Source: Nitrosopumilus sp. (lineage in GTDB: Archaea > Thermoproteota > Nitrososphaeria > Nitrososphaerales > Nitrosopumilaceae). Taken from it: a stretch of 64,000 nucleotides of DNA. A program made the translations under genes and the position numbers. Positions 21,107 to 31,679 of the stretch are shown here, one piece after another. Where the stretch lies: positions 1,879,849-1,943,848 of the forward strand of contig CBDBLX010000002.1 in NCBI GenBank assembly GCA_965207445.1, written 5' to 3'. Numbering within the stretch: the first letter of the stretch is position 1; the number at the start of each line of letters is the position of its first letter. Below the pieces are notes generated by a model. The model was not told where the DNA came from. It made no database searches and saw nothing but the letters and a program-made list of their open reading frames with translations.

Positions 21107-21914
21107 GTTTGCTCATCTGTCGCAGTCCACGTTTTTTGAGACGAATAAATACAGCACGTTTTTTGTGCCGTCTTATTGTAATTATATCACCATACTCTAC
21201 ATTCTTTATAACCTGTGCATCCACTACAACACTACAATCATGAGAACATATGACTTGGATTTTTTGATCAGGGACCACCAAAGATGCCAGTCTATACACT
21301 GGTGCCACAGGCGTAATTATTAGTACATCAAGGCTTTCGTGAAGTATTGGTCCTCCAAGTGAAAAAGAGTGTCCAGTAGAACCACTAGGTGTTGCAAGGA
21401 TTAAACCATCCATCTTTTGTTTAACAGTATCATTTCTAAACCTGATCTCGATCTCGGCAGTTTTAGTCAAGGTTGTACGACTAATGTACACCTCGTTGAG
21501 TGCAGGTGGCAGGTCTTGTCCTGCAACGGATGCTACTATTCTAGTACGTTTATCAAGTGAGAATCGGCCTTTTTTTATCTGCTGTATTGCATCTTTCATC
21601 TCATCAAGTGTAATTTCAGATAAAATACCACGATTACCACCCACATTTATCGTCAGTATTGGGGTCTCATTCTCAATACTACGAAAGGCCCTCAGTGTTG
21701 TACCATCACCACCAAGTGTTACTATGAGATCAAGTTTCCGCATAGGCTTGAGATCGTCTAATGTTTCAACATATTGGGCGCCATCAACACGTACAGGTGA
21801 TATCGTGTATACATTTGAGCCATTTTCAATGAATAGGTGGGCAGTCGTGACTGCTGCATCCTCGGACTCTTTTGATCCTACCTTGCTTACTATGGCAACG
21901 TGTCTTAGATTCAA
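21096..21914 (-). CDS. nadK: NAD(+) kinase
   Basis: LGGDGT, ALNE and DGLILATPSGSTGHSFSLGGP motifs. Confidence 0.95.
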   Translation of the reverse strand: MNLRHVAIVSKVGSKESEDAAVTTAHLFIENGSNVYTISPVRVDGAQYVETLDDLKPMRKLDLIVTLGGDGTTLRAFRSIENETPILTINVGGNRGILSEITLDEMKDAIQQIKKGRFSLDKRTRIVASVAGQDLPPALNEVYISRTTLTKTAEIEIRFRNDTVKQKMDGLILATPSGSTGHSFSLGGPILHESLDVLIITPVAPVYRLASLVVPDQKIQVICSHDCSVVVDAQVIKNVEYGDIITIRRHKKRAVFIRLKKRGLRQMSKLGF

Positions 21915-22093
21915 TTAAATCTCATATAAGAGAGTCTACATAAATCGTTTTTGTAATAGTTAATGTATCCAAATTAAAGTGTGAAAAATCTGTAAAAGAT
22001 GGGTTTAGACTTTAGTAGTGATTAAAGAATCACATCATTTTGAAAATACAATAAACAAGATCGTGACTAGTCGCTAGCGCAAAACATCACGTT

Positions 22094-22183
22094 ATCATCA
22101 TTATTGCATCATCATTATTGCATCATCATTATTGCATCATCATTATTGCATCATCATTATTACATCATCATTATTACATCATC
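22094..22183. repeat. 14-bp tandem microsatellite (CATCATCATTATTG), about 6 copies
   Basis: Directly visible in the sequence. Confidence 0.9.
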
Positions 22184-22323
22184 AGCAACAACAGGTAAAG
22201 CATATCGAATAATTACTTTAACCAAAAATCAAATGGATGTTATTATAATTTTTACAGTATTAGAAAAATCTACACATAATCCAAGTATATACATATGATC
22301 TTAAAATACTTATCAATAACTAT

Positions 22324-23163
22324 ATGCACATCATAACAATGAAAACTTCAAAAAAACCCAACATCGATTATGTTTTCGATACCGTGCCAATAGATTCTAT
22401 AGGAATCTGGTCAGATGCACAAGCACGTGATCTAAACATTGATGAGATCGACTCTCTTGTAAAGTCTATAAAATCAGAAGGACTGCAACACCCACTTACT
22501 GTTTGTCGTGATGATGATTCTGACAACACATACAAGTTGTTAGCAGGACAACGTAGATTAGAAGCACTCAAAAGACTCGGATACGAGAATGCACCCGTAC
22601 TAATACTAGATGATAAAAAGTTCGCAGACGTATCTGGTGCAAAGGCAGTATCTGTAATTGAGAATCTGCATCGCAAGAGTATGTCTGCAAAGGAGATTGC
22701 AGCATCGTGTAAATTTCTTGTACAAAAAGTTGGCAAGGCAAATGCTGCAAAGACACTTGGAATAAGCCGTGACACGTTGCGCGAGTATCTTGGATTTGAT
22801 GGTCTGCCAGATGAGATCAAAGAACTGGTACCAAAAACAATCTCAAGACGTGATGCAATGCGCGTGTGCCGTGTTATTACACAGATTGACAGTGCACTTG
22901 TAATGATCAAGAAACTCTCCAAACTTGAATCTGCAAAACGAACGCGTTATATTGAGGCACTAGAGAAATTAGGAAGTTCTGCTGGAATGTCAGAGATTGC
23001 AAAATTGGCAAACTCATTTAGAATGCGACAGAACATCTCAGTTAATATCTCAAAGACACAGGCAAAGGGGCTGGCAAAATTGTCACGAGAATCAGATATG
23101 GAGCCTGCCGAATTGGCAAAAAAGATAGTATCAGACTATCTTGCACGACGCGGAATCAAATAA
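22324..23163 (+). CDS. ParB/Sulfiredoxin-domain DNA-binding protein
   Basis: LVKSIKSEGLQHPL, LLAGQRRLEA and IENLHRK motifs; HTH-like AAKTLGISRDTLREYL. Confidence 0.88.
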   Translation: MHIITMKTSKKPNIDYVFDTVPIDSIGIWSDAQARDLNIDEIDSLVKSIKSEGLQHPLTVCRDDDSDNTYKLLAGQRRLEALKRLGYENAPVLILDDKKFADVSGAKAVSVIENLHRKSMSAKEIAASCKFLVQKVGKANAAKTLGISRDTLREYLGFDGLPDEIKELVPKTISRRDAMRVCRVITQIDSALVMIKKLSKLESAKRTRYIEALEKLGSSAGMSEIAKLANSFRMRQNISVNISKTQAKGLAKLSRESDMEPAELAKKIVSDYLARRGIK

Positions 23164-23397
23164 CATCACTCTTATTTTTGTACTGTTTTTTTGATGTGAG
23201 GCAAGATCTTCAAATGCAATAATTAAACTGCATATTGTATTTGGTCACATTTCTGTCGGTATATTTAGTATCGTGTATGTAAGTTTGGCTAGGAGTTATT
23301 CTTGAATGATTATATCAATCATGGATCTTGGTTCATACGTTTTTTGTAGTCGTCATTATCGTTATCAGCATCATCATTATCAGCAATAGCATTACCA

Positions 23398-25500
23398 TCA
23401 TATGCCATCGTCTAGCGCATTCTTCATACTTGTTCTCTTTCGCTTTATAGCAATAAACACCAAGATAATCGCAGATATCCATAATGTTGTGAATAGTATG
23501 TTTGCCACACTAATATACATAAAGGGAGTCAACTCACGCAGATTGCTCTTTATCGTCTGAGCTTTACTATGGATGTCAATCAGACCAGTACTAAATGCAG
23601 AACTATCAATGGGTATAGTCGATATCTTCTCTACTCTATTTATCATCGTGTCTATATTGGCATCTAATCGAACAAGATTTGTCGTGGGTGTATCAAAGAC
23701 CCACACAGGATTCTTTGAGACAAGTATGCCGTTTGCATCCCTCTTTTCAGGGATAAAGTCATTTGCAAGTACTAAAGCCATGTCACTTTTTATCTCTGTC
23801 AAATGTGTGTTTATTGTGACAGTATTAGATGTTGACATTATTCCATCAAGGTGCCCTCTCATGCGGTCAATTGGGTAAATATCTGTACTGTACCCATTGT
23901 ATGCCATAACTCCACCAAATACAATTATTGTAATGATTCCTCCAATTGCTACTTTGTATATTCTATCTGCCATCACTTCACTCTTTGTACGTACTCTATT
24001 TTTAGATTCGGTTGATTTATTTCTTTGAAATCTAGTGTGGGATATACTCATATATGCAATATAAAAGAATCCGGCAGTTTGTAATCCAATTATAGGTACA
24101 AATATAATGTTTGATGTAGTAATTGCAATAAATATTCCCAGCACACCATACGCACCAAAGAATATCTCAAGTAAAGTGACTTGTGAGAATGGTAGATTGT
24201 ATGCATTCTTTTTCCAATCATCCTTGTTCTTTAACTCACCATATTTTGGTGTGCGCAGAAATTCATTCTTTTTACCAATTATTGCATCAAATACTGCGAT
24301 CGTGTTATTTACAGATATACCAGCAGTATATATGAGAAGAAATGGTAGTATTACTGCCTTTGAGACCCATGATGTATCATCATACATACCACGTATTATC
24401 ATCAAATATGCAACAGGGCCCATTGCCAAGTATAGTGCAATTGTAAGTGCCGGTACAAGATTTATCAAATATACGTTAGCATGGCTTGCAAGCAATATTG
24501 GAAGAGCCAAGAACTGTATCAACATGAATGGATATACCACATGACGTGTTAGTTGTATGAATGCCTGTATCTTTGTCTCTACTGCCACACTTTTTTTGAT
24601 TGCAATGTCGGCAAGTAGTTTTACTGCGCACTGTATAGATCCTTTTGCCCATCTGTACTGTTGCCGCTTTGCAGCATTCATCTGCATTGGTAATTCAGCA
24701 TCAACTACAATATCGGGTAAAAATACACATCTCCAGTTCTTCATCTGTGCACGATAACTCAGGTCCAAGTCCTCTACTAGCGTAGCAGTGTGCCATCCAC
24801 CAGAGTCCTCTATACAGCTACGACGCCATATTCCTGCAGTACCATTAAAGTTCATGTATAACCTAGAGTTACTCTTTGCCTTTTGCTCGATTAAAAAGTG
24901 AAAGTCCAGACTTAGTGCTTGTGCACGTGTTATTGCAGAGTATTGTTCGTTTACATGGCCCCATCTGCATTGAACAAGTCCGATGTCTGGTTTTGCAAAG
25001 TGTGGTATGGCTCTCCTGAGAAACCAATCAGGTGGCATAAAATCAGCATCAAATATTGCAACTAGTTCAGTATTGGTGTGTTTCATTGCATATTTGAGGG
25101 CACCTGCTTTGTATCCTGTACGTGTGCCGCGTTGAATGTATTCAATGTCAAATCCTTTTTCTTTGTAGTGTGCTACTGCGCTACGTAAAAGCGGCACAGT
25201 ATCATCATCAGAGTCATCTAATACCATGATGCACATCTTTTCTTTTGGATAGTCAAGAGCACATACTGAATCGACTAGTCGTTTTGCCACGTATTTCTCA
25301 TTGTATATTGGAAGCTGTATTGTGATCGAAGGCTCTCCTGCATCTGGTATGGTATCTGGGCGGTCTTTTCGTCTTTTTGAGAGATATGCCAAATAGTAAA
25401 AGTTACACGTATATGCAGTTATGATAACTGATGCAATGATAAAGATATCAAAGATCACTTTTACTAGGGGAACCATCGGTAGTTCCATGATGTATGGCAT
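23398..25500 (-). CDS. GT2 cellulose-synthase-like membrane glycosyltransferase
   Basis: QLPIYNE, GYKAGAL, FDADF and LVEDLDL motifs; QQYRW (QxxRW); multiple TM segments. Confidence 0.93.
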   Translation of the reverse strand: MPYIMELPMVPLVKVIFDIFIIASVIITAYTCNFYYLAYLSKRRKDRPDTIPDAGEPSITIQLPIYNEKYVAKRLVDSVCALDYPKEKMCIMVLDDSDDDTVPLLRSAVAHYKEKGFDIEYIQRGTRTGYKAGALKYAMKHTNTELVAIFDADFMPPDWFLRRAIPHFAKPDIGLVQCRWGHVNEQYSAITRAQALSLDFHFLIEQKAKSNSRLYMNFNGTAGIWRRSCIEDSGGWHTATLVEDLDLSYRAQMKNWRCVFLPDIVVDAELPMQMNAAKRQQYRWAKGSIQCAVKLLADIAIKKSVAVETKIQAFIQLTRHVVYPFMLIQFLALPILLASHANVYLINLVPALTIALYLAMGPVAYLMIIRGMYDDTSWVSKAVILPFLLIYTAGISVNNTIAVFDAIIGKKNEFLRTPKYGELKNKDDWKKNAYNLPFSQVTLLEIFFGAYGVLGIFIAITTSNIIFVPIIGLQTAGFFYIAYMSISHTRFQRNKSTESKNRVRTKSEVMADRIYKVAIGGIITIIVFGGVMAYNGYSTDIYPIDRMRGHLDGIMSTSNTVTINTHLTEIKSDMALVLANDFIPEKRDANGILVSKNPVWVFDTPTTNLVRLDANIDTMINRVEKISTIPIDSSAFSTGLIDIHSKAQTIKSNLRELTPFMYISVANILFTTLWISAIILVFIAIKRKRTSMKNALDDGI

Positions 25501-25613
25501 GTTCTTGTGGCTATTTATGTTTGTAAGTGGTGGGCATTCTAGCAGTCATTAGGTTATTTGAGTACAAATGTGGTTGTTTTGTTGTTGTTGTTGCACACAT
25601 TGTGTGAGATAAA

Positions 25614-26561
25614 TTATTTTTGCTCAAATATCTTTATTGCTTGTGGTGGACATACACCTTCACACGCAAGACAAAATATGCAATCAGGCTCTTTTGACAT
25701 TAATGGTTTTTTCTCAGATGCTGAGTTTCCCGGTGTGTCGAACCATTCGTATACACTTACAGGACACGCTTCAATGCAACCGCCGTCTGCCACACAAATG
25801 TCATAGTCAACTGAGACAAACTCACCCCAGACGCCCATTATAGCATTGCTTGTACCCTTACGTCCCCATGTTTTGATAGTATGTTCAGGTGCACTATATG
25901 ATGCGCTCTGTTTTAGTTTTGTTTTGTACTCTACATCTATTGGTCCTGGTTTGGCGCCATCAGGCATCTCAATCTCACCGGCGTCATCAGAATCATCATC
26001 TCCTTCCTCATCGGATGCTGCAATTTGTTTTGGTTTTGCACCCATGACTATCTTTGCAAGAGGTGTTAACTCTTCTAGTTTTTGAATTGCTATTGGCTCT
26101 GAGACTTTTTCAGTCTTTGCAAAGTAAGATATCATCTTATCTGCCAGTATTGTATTTCGTAGTATTGTATCTATTATCATCTTTGCAAAGTGATCTGCTT
26201 TTTTTCTGTAATCGACTACCCAGTTCTGATCACCGTACTTTTCGATTGGGAATATTTGGTAAATAATATCTACTACTTCTCCTGTCACTATCTCTACTGT
26301 AACTGATAGTTCTGCCTCCTCTGATCTAGACTTGTCAGAGTTGGATTCTTTCCATCGGTAAGTTGCAAATATCCTATCGGCATACATGTCCATCTCAAAT
26401 GCTTTTTTGAGTCCCTCATGTACGGACCATATCTCAGCAGGATCTTCAAGTTTTATTGGCAGTCGGTATAATCCGAGTTTGAATCCATGTAGTGGATATA
26501 CACCACGTTTTGCAGTAGGTGCCTCCATTGACCATACTCTATCCGTTAAGAGTTGCGACAT
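25614..26561 (-). CDS. Ferredoxin-domain protein with two C-terminal Fe-S motifs
   Basis: CVADGGCIEACP and CIFCLACEGVCP motifs. Confidence 0.9.
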   Translation of the reverse strand: MSQLLTDRVWSMEAPTAKRGVYPLHGFKLGLYRLPIKLEDPAEIWSVHEGLKKAFEMDMYADRIFATYRWKESNSDKSRSEEAELSVTVEIVTGEVVDIIYQIFPIEKYGDQNWVVDYRKKADHFAKMIIDTILRNTILADKMISYFAKTEKVSEPIAIQKLEELTPLAKIVMGAKPKQIAASDEEGDDDSDDAGEIEMPDGAKPGPIDVEYKTKLKQSASYSAPEHTIKTWGRKGTSNAIMGVWGEFVSVDYDICVADGGCIEACPVSVYEWFDTPGNSASEKKPLMSKEPDCIFCLACEGVCPPQAIKIFEQK

Positions 26562-26642
26562 GATTATTGTATGTGTGATATATTTTCTTTAAAAATCTTC
26601 TCAATATCTTTATGTGACTTTATTGTTGCCTTGATTTGGTAG

Positions 26643-26735
26643 TGGTGGAGGAGGACAGGTATTGAATTGTTACATGTTGGTGTATGGTGGAGGGGGACAG
26701 GTATTGAATTGTTACATGTTGGTGTATGGTGGAGG
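26643..26735. repeat. 42-bp tandem duplication, about 2.2 copies
   Basis: GGACAGGTATTGAATTGTTACATGTTGGTGTATGGTGGAGG occurs twice. Confidence 0.85.
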
Positions 26736-26843
26736 GTGTGGGTGTTGGCATATGTTGTTAGGTGTATGTTGTTAGGTGTAGTTAGGTGTATGGTTCCATG
26801 GGTTCAAGATGGTGTGCTATTAGATAACATATACATATAATTA

Positions 26844-27224
26844 TCAATCCGGACAAGTAATCTCCCGAAACTCCATGTATTTTTTTTCAATTATGTCTGC
26901 ATGTTTTTGAACATCTGCCATGTCGTATGTGCTTTTTTTATAGTACCATCTGATCGGTACCATATGTCCGATACCATCGGTATCATGTATCATTCCGTTA
27001 TCTGATGTCACATTTGTCTGTGTGTCAATTGTGCGTTCTTTGAATGCCAATCCGCTCTTTGTGTTATCCAATAGTATGTATGTATCAGATTCGTCTGTAA
27101 TTGTGTAAAACGTTCCTCTTTTGAGGATTTGTCGTCTTTTGTCATTTGTACTATTTTTGACATTGTTTATGGTATTGGACAATGTGACAACCCATCTATT
27201 ATATATGGTTATATTATTTTTCAA
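26844..27224 (-). CDS. Hypothetical protein overlapping the rhodanese gene
   Basis: ORF overlaps the upstream stop; protein-like composition; start uncertain. Confidence 0.6.
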   Translation of the reverse strand: MKNNITIYNRWVVTLSNTINNVKNSTNDKRRQILKRGTFYTITDESDTYILLDNTKSGLAFKERTIDTQTNVTSDNGMIHDTDGIGHMVPIRWYYKKSTYDMADVQKHADIIEKKYMEFREITCPD

Positions 27225-28068
27225 CTGGGTTTCCGATCATGTTTCCCCATTCGGTCCAAGAGCCATCATAATTGCGTACTCTAGGATAACCTAACAAGTA
27301 TTTTAGGACAAACCAACTGTGTGATGATCGCTCTCCAATACGACAATAACATATGACGTCTTTGTCCGGTGTGATGCCTTTTGGCGCATAATTGGATTTT
27401 AACTCTTCAACGCTTTTAAAAGTGCCATCTTCATCATTTACAGCAGTAAGCCAGGGTATGTTGTTTGCACCAGGTATGTGTCCTCCGCGCTGTGCGTGTT
27501 CTGTAGGATATTCAGGTGGTGCTGTAATCTTGCCTGCAAATTCAGGTGGTGATCTGACATCCACCATTACAGTATCATCTCTTCCTAGTGCTCTGTTGGC
27601 ATCTGCAAAGTATGCTCTGAGTCCTTCGTCTGGTGGTTGTGCCACATATTTTGTGGATGAATCTATTTTAGGTTCCTGACCAGTTATGTATGCTCTGCTC
27701 TCTAACTCCCATTTTTTACGCCCACCATTCATAATCACGACATCTCTGTGACCGTAATATTTGAAGACCCAAAATACAAATGCTGCAAACCAATTGTTAA
27801 AGTCACCATATAGTATGACCTTTGAGTCAGGGGTAATACCGTTTTTTGTCATCAACTCTTCAAATGTTTTTTTGTCAATGATGTCTCGAGTGACTGGATC
27901 GTTAATATCGCGTTTCCACCATATCAAGGTGGCACCATCAATGTGACCTTTTTCATATCCATTTACAGGATCATAATCAACCTCTACAAGTCGTCTGCTG
28001 TCATTAGGTTTGTTATCATTTACCCATTGTGTACTGACTAGTACCTCCGGATGGGCATAATCATTCAT
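27214..28068 (-). CDS. Thiosulfate sulfurtransferase (tandem rhodanese)
   Basis: GHIPGA, CYCRIGERSSHSW and YDGSWTEWG motifs. Confidence 0.95.
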   Translation of the reverse strand: MNDYAHPEVLVSTQWVNDNKPNDSRRLVEVDYDPVNGYEKGHIDGATLIWWKRDINDPVTRDIIDKKTFEELMTKNGITPDSKVILYGDFNNWFAAFVFWVFKYYGHRDVVIMNGGRKKWELESRAYITGQEPKIDSSTKYVAQPPDEGLRAYFADANRALGRDDTVMVDVRSPPEFAGKITAPPEYPTEHAQRGGHIPGANNIPWLTAVNDEDGTFKSVEELKSNYAPKGITPDKDVICYCRIGERSSHSWFVLKYLLGYPRVRNYDGSWTEWGNMIGNPVEK

Positions 28069-28114
28069 GTTATTTGTTGGAATGTGTATTACTTAATTGT
28101 TTGTTGTAGTTGTG

Positions 28115-28284
28115 GTATGAATGTTTAACCTCTTTCCCAAATTTAGGCATATATTCACCGATTAACATCTGGCGCAGGCACGTGAATTGAACTGGTACGG
28201 CGGTAACCGTTCAAAACCCCTCCTCAAATTTAGGTACAGATTCACCCTCTAACGTCTGGCGCAGGTACGGGGTTGAACAGTTAC
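28115..28284 (+). mobile_element. Two tandem ~82-bp MITEs (family B) with IS66-like GTAA...TTAC ends
   Basis: Copy 28203-28284 has TIR GTAACCGTTCAA / TTGAACAGTTAC; degenerate copy at 28115-28198; reverse copy at 39089-39170. Confidence 0.7.
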
Positions 28285-28292
28285 GCCACAAC

Positions 28293-28332
28293 CCCAGAGG
28301 AGTATAAATTTACGAATTATGCAACACGCTAC
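28293..28332 (-). mobile_element. Isolated left-end fragment of the IS5-family element found at 35013
   Basis: 40 bp reverse-complement match (1 mismatch) to 35013-35052. Confidence 0.8.
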
Positions 28333-28567
28333 TACTAATTAATCACTATTAATATATACAGATGTGTTACTATAGTCAAACATGTCAAATGCAAGTCCGA
28401 TGACACAGGCTGATATGGATAATACTACTGATTGTACAAGTATTAATCGGTTCTTACAAGAAATAAATTTTACAATAGCACATTGCAAAGATGCAGGTGT
28501 TAAAGTCGAATTACAAGCACAACAAGGAATTTTAACACAACGTAAAATTGATCCATGGTGTTAATTT

Positions 28568-29299
28568 TTGAACAAACAATCATTAGTCTCATTATACTCT
28601 ATAAGAAAAAATATTTTAGCAAACCCATCAGAAAATTTGTTGTACTTTGCAATATTTGGTTCACAAGTGAGAGGCAGTGAGCGTCCTGACAGTGATTTGG
28701 ATTTTTTATATGTTGTGAAAAACCATGATGATCCACTACATGACGCTGTTTGTGACGCCGTTAGAGTAAAGGATGGCATGAATGTGCTGACGCGTTTGCG
28801 TTATACAAAAAAGGGAATATACAAGGAGATGAACATTTATGGTCTGCCTCCTTATAGAGTACTGCGCGGAGAAGATACAATGGTACTTTATAGAACTCCT
28901 GATTTTAATCCACGACTAGTTAAAAAAGTAAATTATGAAGGCAATGCAAAAGAGTATTTTGACCGTGCTACTGGGAATATCTCTAACCCAAAAAATGTTA
29001 CAAAATATTACAAGGCGGGTGACTGGTGTTTTGGGATGCATCATGTAATTAGTGATTTGTTAAAGACGTGCCTTCTTTTTAATCATATCCGATTTCCATA
29101 CACAAAAGATTTGCATGTACTTTATGAAATGTTAAAGCCTGATAAAAGGCCTAGAATGGATGTAGATGTGGTGCAAGGCTGGCAAGACTATTGGCATGAA
29201 CACTATAGAAAGCAAGATAGTTGGGACTGGGATGAAGCAAAAGAGGCAAAACGTATTGCACGGCGTGCCTATAAATTTGTACGTGAAATGTATTCTTAA
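28568..29299 (+). CDS. Minimal nucleotidyltransferase (MNT)-HEPN fusion protein
   Basis: IFGSQVRG...DSDLDFL, followed by HEPN-like CFGMHH...LLK...FPYTKDLHVL. Confidence 0.82.
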   Translation: MNKQSLVSLYSIRKNILANPSENLLYFAIFGSQVRGSERPDSDLDFLYVVKNHDDPLHDAVCDAVRVKDGMNVLTRLRYTKKGIYKEMNIYGLPPYRVLRGEDTMVLYRTPDFNPRLVKKVNYEGNAKEYFDRATGNISNPKNVTKYYKAGDWCFGMHHVISDLLKTCLLFNHIRFPYTKDLHVLYEMLKPDKRPRMDVDVVQGWQDYWHEHYRKQDSWDWDEAKEAKRIARRAYKFVREMYS

Positions 29300-29375
29300 T
29301 GAATACAACACGCAATATCTTTAATTCATCTGTCTTGATCCAACGGCTATTATACTAATTTTTTCTATTCATTTC

Positions 29376-30083
29376 ATGAACAAAATGATCTTAATTCCCG
29401 CCGCGTTGACACTCTTGACGCTCGTGTTTGGTATGTCCATTGTGCATGTACAACATGCAGAACACACACATTGGGTGCAGACCGCTTTTGCCCAGAACCA
29501 GACTAACGGTACGTTGGGCTGTCATCCACATGAGGTTATTAACGGTGTTTGTAAACCTGATGATGTCAGAAAATACAAATTTGGCACCATGCTGCTGAAT
29601 ATGTACGACGAGTATGAGATATTCTCAAAGTATGCCTCTTTGGGTGAGGGCGCATCTGGCGCCGCTGCTTCAAGTGGGTCTGATAATCAGCTAATTCCAA
29701 TAATTGTTGTTTTTAAGGATCATGAATGTAGTTTACCTGAGAGTTTGGGCATTGTGAACAAAAGCCCCTGCTTTACGTATCCTGAGAGATCTAGTATGGG
29801 GGTGCGTCTTCCAATATCAAATCTGTATGATCTGGCTGCGCTTGATCATGTAACTGGGGTTGATCTTGACAGTGAACCGGACCCTACTGAATTTTTCAAC
29901 CAATCTTTAGATGATGACATTGCTCCTCTGGTAGATGACACCAGTGTTGTGAATGCGCCCGATTCGACAATCCATAATGGAACGGAACCATACTATACAA
30001 TTTTGGTAGGAATTATCATAGCTGCAACAATGGCAGTGTCTGCAACCCTGTATGTTAAAAAGAGGAACCAAGTTGAAGCATAA
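29376..30083 (+). CDS. Exported, C-terminally membrane-anchored protein with possible subtilase-propeptide (I9-like) domain; paralog of 36952-37653
   Basis: Signal peptide, C-terminal TM plus KKR; shared motifs VRKYK..T.LLNMYDEYE and P.S.LYD.A.LDHVTG. Confidence 0.75.
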   Translation: MNKMILIPAALTLLTLVFGMSIVHVQHAEHTHWVQTAFAQNQTNGTLGCHPHEVINGVCKPDDVRKYKFGTMLLNMYDEYEIFSKYASLGEGASGAAASSGSDNQLIPIIVVFKDHECSLPESLGIVNKSPCFTYPERSSMGVRLPISNLYDLAALDHVTGVDLDSEPDPTEFFNQSLDDDIAPLVDDTSVVNAPDSTIHNGTEPYYTILVGIIIAATMAVSATLYVKKRNQVEA

Positions 30084-30176
30084 ATCTCGGTTAACTGCAA
30101 TAATCATAGTTTCGGCATCGCGGGTTATTGGCAGCTATGCATACGCAGATCATATAACAAGCCAAGGTGTATACAT
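30073..30176 (+). pseudogene. 5' stub of a secreted protein gene, truncated by IS/MITE
   Basis: TTG-start MKHKSRLTAIIIVSASRVIGSYAYADHITSQG, homologous to the stub at 37643. Confidence 0.65.
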
Positions 30177-31566
30177 CAGTAGTTCGCAATGTGTTTTATA
30201 TGATTTTATTTAAATAATCTGCAATGTCGTTGAACGTTGATGATCATATTTGATCAGATCAAATAGAAAGTATAATATGTGGGGACATTTTAGTACCTCT
30301 GATAATATATGAAAAATGAGGTACTAGAACATCAATATGAATTAGGACAAGTAAATTATAAAGTTTTACGAAAACGATTCGACGATCTCGGACTAGACAT
30401 ATCAACCAGATATAACCACACGTATGAGGTGGATGATTATCTTGGTACACTTGTCACCATGTCACTCAACAACATGTGCGTAAATGCAGCAACACACAAA
30501 AGAAAACGCAATGAGGCTAACTATTTTAGAAAAAACGAGCGCATAAACATACCATCTGAAAATACTGTGCTCAAATGCCTAAAAAGTGCAGATCTAGAGA
30601 AAGTGAAAAAGTGGGGTGACGAGAATGTCAAAGCAATGCTCAAGAATGCCAAAAAACACAACATGCTCAAAAAAGGTGGTACTATTGCAATTGATATGAC
30701 CGGATGGGAATATTATGGCAAGGCACTCAAACCCGAGATGCTAAAAACAAAGCCCAAAAATGGTACTGCGAGATTTCATTCATTTATGACGGCACAAATG
30801 GTAAATCAAGCAGGTAACATACCTTTGTTTGCACATCGTGTGACCAGTAAGGATAAAATGGTCACAGTCATGCGTAAAATCATTGAAAAATTAATTCGAG
30901 AGGATGCACGTCCGGAACTTGGCCTCTTTGATCGGGGTTTTTACAATGTTGCATGCATAGATGAACTTTTGCGCTTGCGCCTGTCTTTCATAATGCCGGC
31001 AATTAAAAATAAGCGCATACAAAAATATATTTTAGAAGTTCACAACAAAAAGAGGAAAACTGCATCAGTCATTGAGATGCGTGATAAAAACAAAAAAGCA
31101 GTAAAGTTCACATTACTTATCGTCAAAAAAAATAATGCCAAAGAAACTGATAAAACAGTCGATCAGTATGTGGCATTTGCCACAAATATGAAAATCACTA
31201 GCAAAAGCAAACTCATCAAAACCATCCCAGAGACTTATCGCAAGCGCTGGATAATAGAGACGGGATACAGAGTGATAAAAAACACGACTCCAAAGACAAC
31301 TAGCAACGCCTTGCAGCTTCGATTACTGTTGATATTTTTTGGAATGTTATTATATGGTTTATGGGTAATGGCAAGGTACGAAAATTACGGCGGACTTGTA
31401 GATGAAAAATTATTCACAATGGATGCGTTTGTAGATTCAATTGCCGGTTCAATCAGAAGACTGCTTCGGTGGGAATTGGAGCACGGTGGTTCCTTACCAT
31501 TGTAAATCTATCGTACTGCATAATTAGAAATAAGATCATTAAAATTGAGCACATTGCGAACTACTG
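30177..31566 (+). mobile_element. ISH3-family insertion sequence
   Basis: 17-bp TIR CAGTAGTTCGCAATGTG / CACATTGCGAACTACTG; 4-bp TSD ACAT (30173-30176, 31567-31570). Confidence 0.9.
30309..31505 (+). CDS. DDE transposase (ISH3/IS4-like), apparently intact
   Basis: IAIDMT, FDRGFY and YRKRWIIETGYR motifs. Confidence 0.92.
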   Translation: MKNEVLEHQYELGQVNYKVLRKRFDDLGLDISTRYNHTYEVDDYLGTLVTMSLNNMCVNAATHKRKRNEANYFRKNERINIPSENTVLKCLKSADLEKVKKWGDENVKAMLKNAKKHNMLKKGGTIAIDMTGWEYYGKALKPEMLKTKPKNGTARFHSFMTAQMVNQAGNIPLFAHRVTSKDKMVTVMRKIIEKLIREDARPELGLFDRGFYNVACIDELLRLRLSFIMPAIKNKRIQKYILEVHNKKRKTASVIEMRDKNKKAVKFTLLIVKKNNAKETDKTVDQYVAFATNMKITSKSKLIKTIPETYRKRWIIETGYRVIKNTTPKTTSNALQLRLLLIFFGMLLYGLWVMARYENYGGLVDEKLFTMDAFVDSIAGSIRRLLRWELEHGGSLPL

Positions 31567-31569
31567 ACA

Positions 31570-31679
31570 TAATAGTTTCATTAAAGATCCGATAGTTTTC
31601 TAATATTTTATATTCATAATATGTGCTCAACTTCGAGATGAATATCAATCAAAATATCGGATCTTTAATCATATCAGTA
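31570..31679 (+). mobile_element. 110-bp MITE, family A copy 2
   Basis: Near-identical to 37983-38092 and to the reverse complement of 8301-8410. Confidence 0.92.

Noticed and set aside
28115..28284. Possible CRISPR array
   Set aside because: Two diverged ~82-bp units with terminal inverted repeats; no unique spacers and no cas genes
28382..28564. 60-aa ORF upstream of MNT-HEPN
   Set aside because: No recognisable motif; cannot be supported as a gene from the sequence alone
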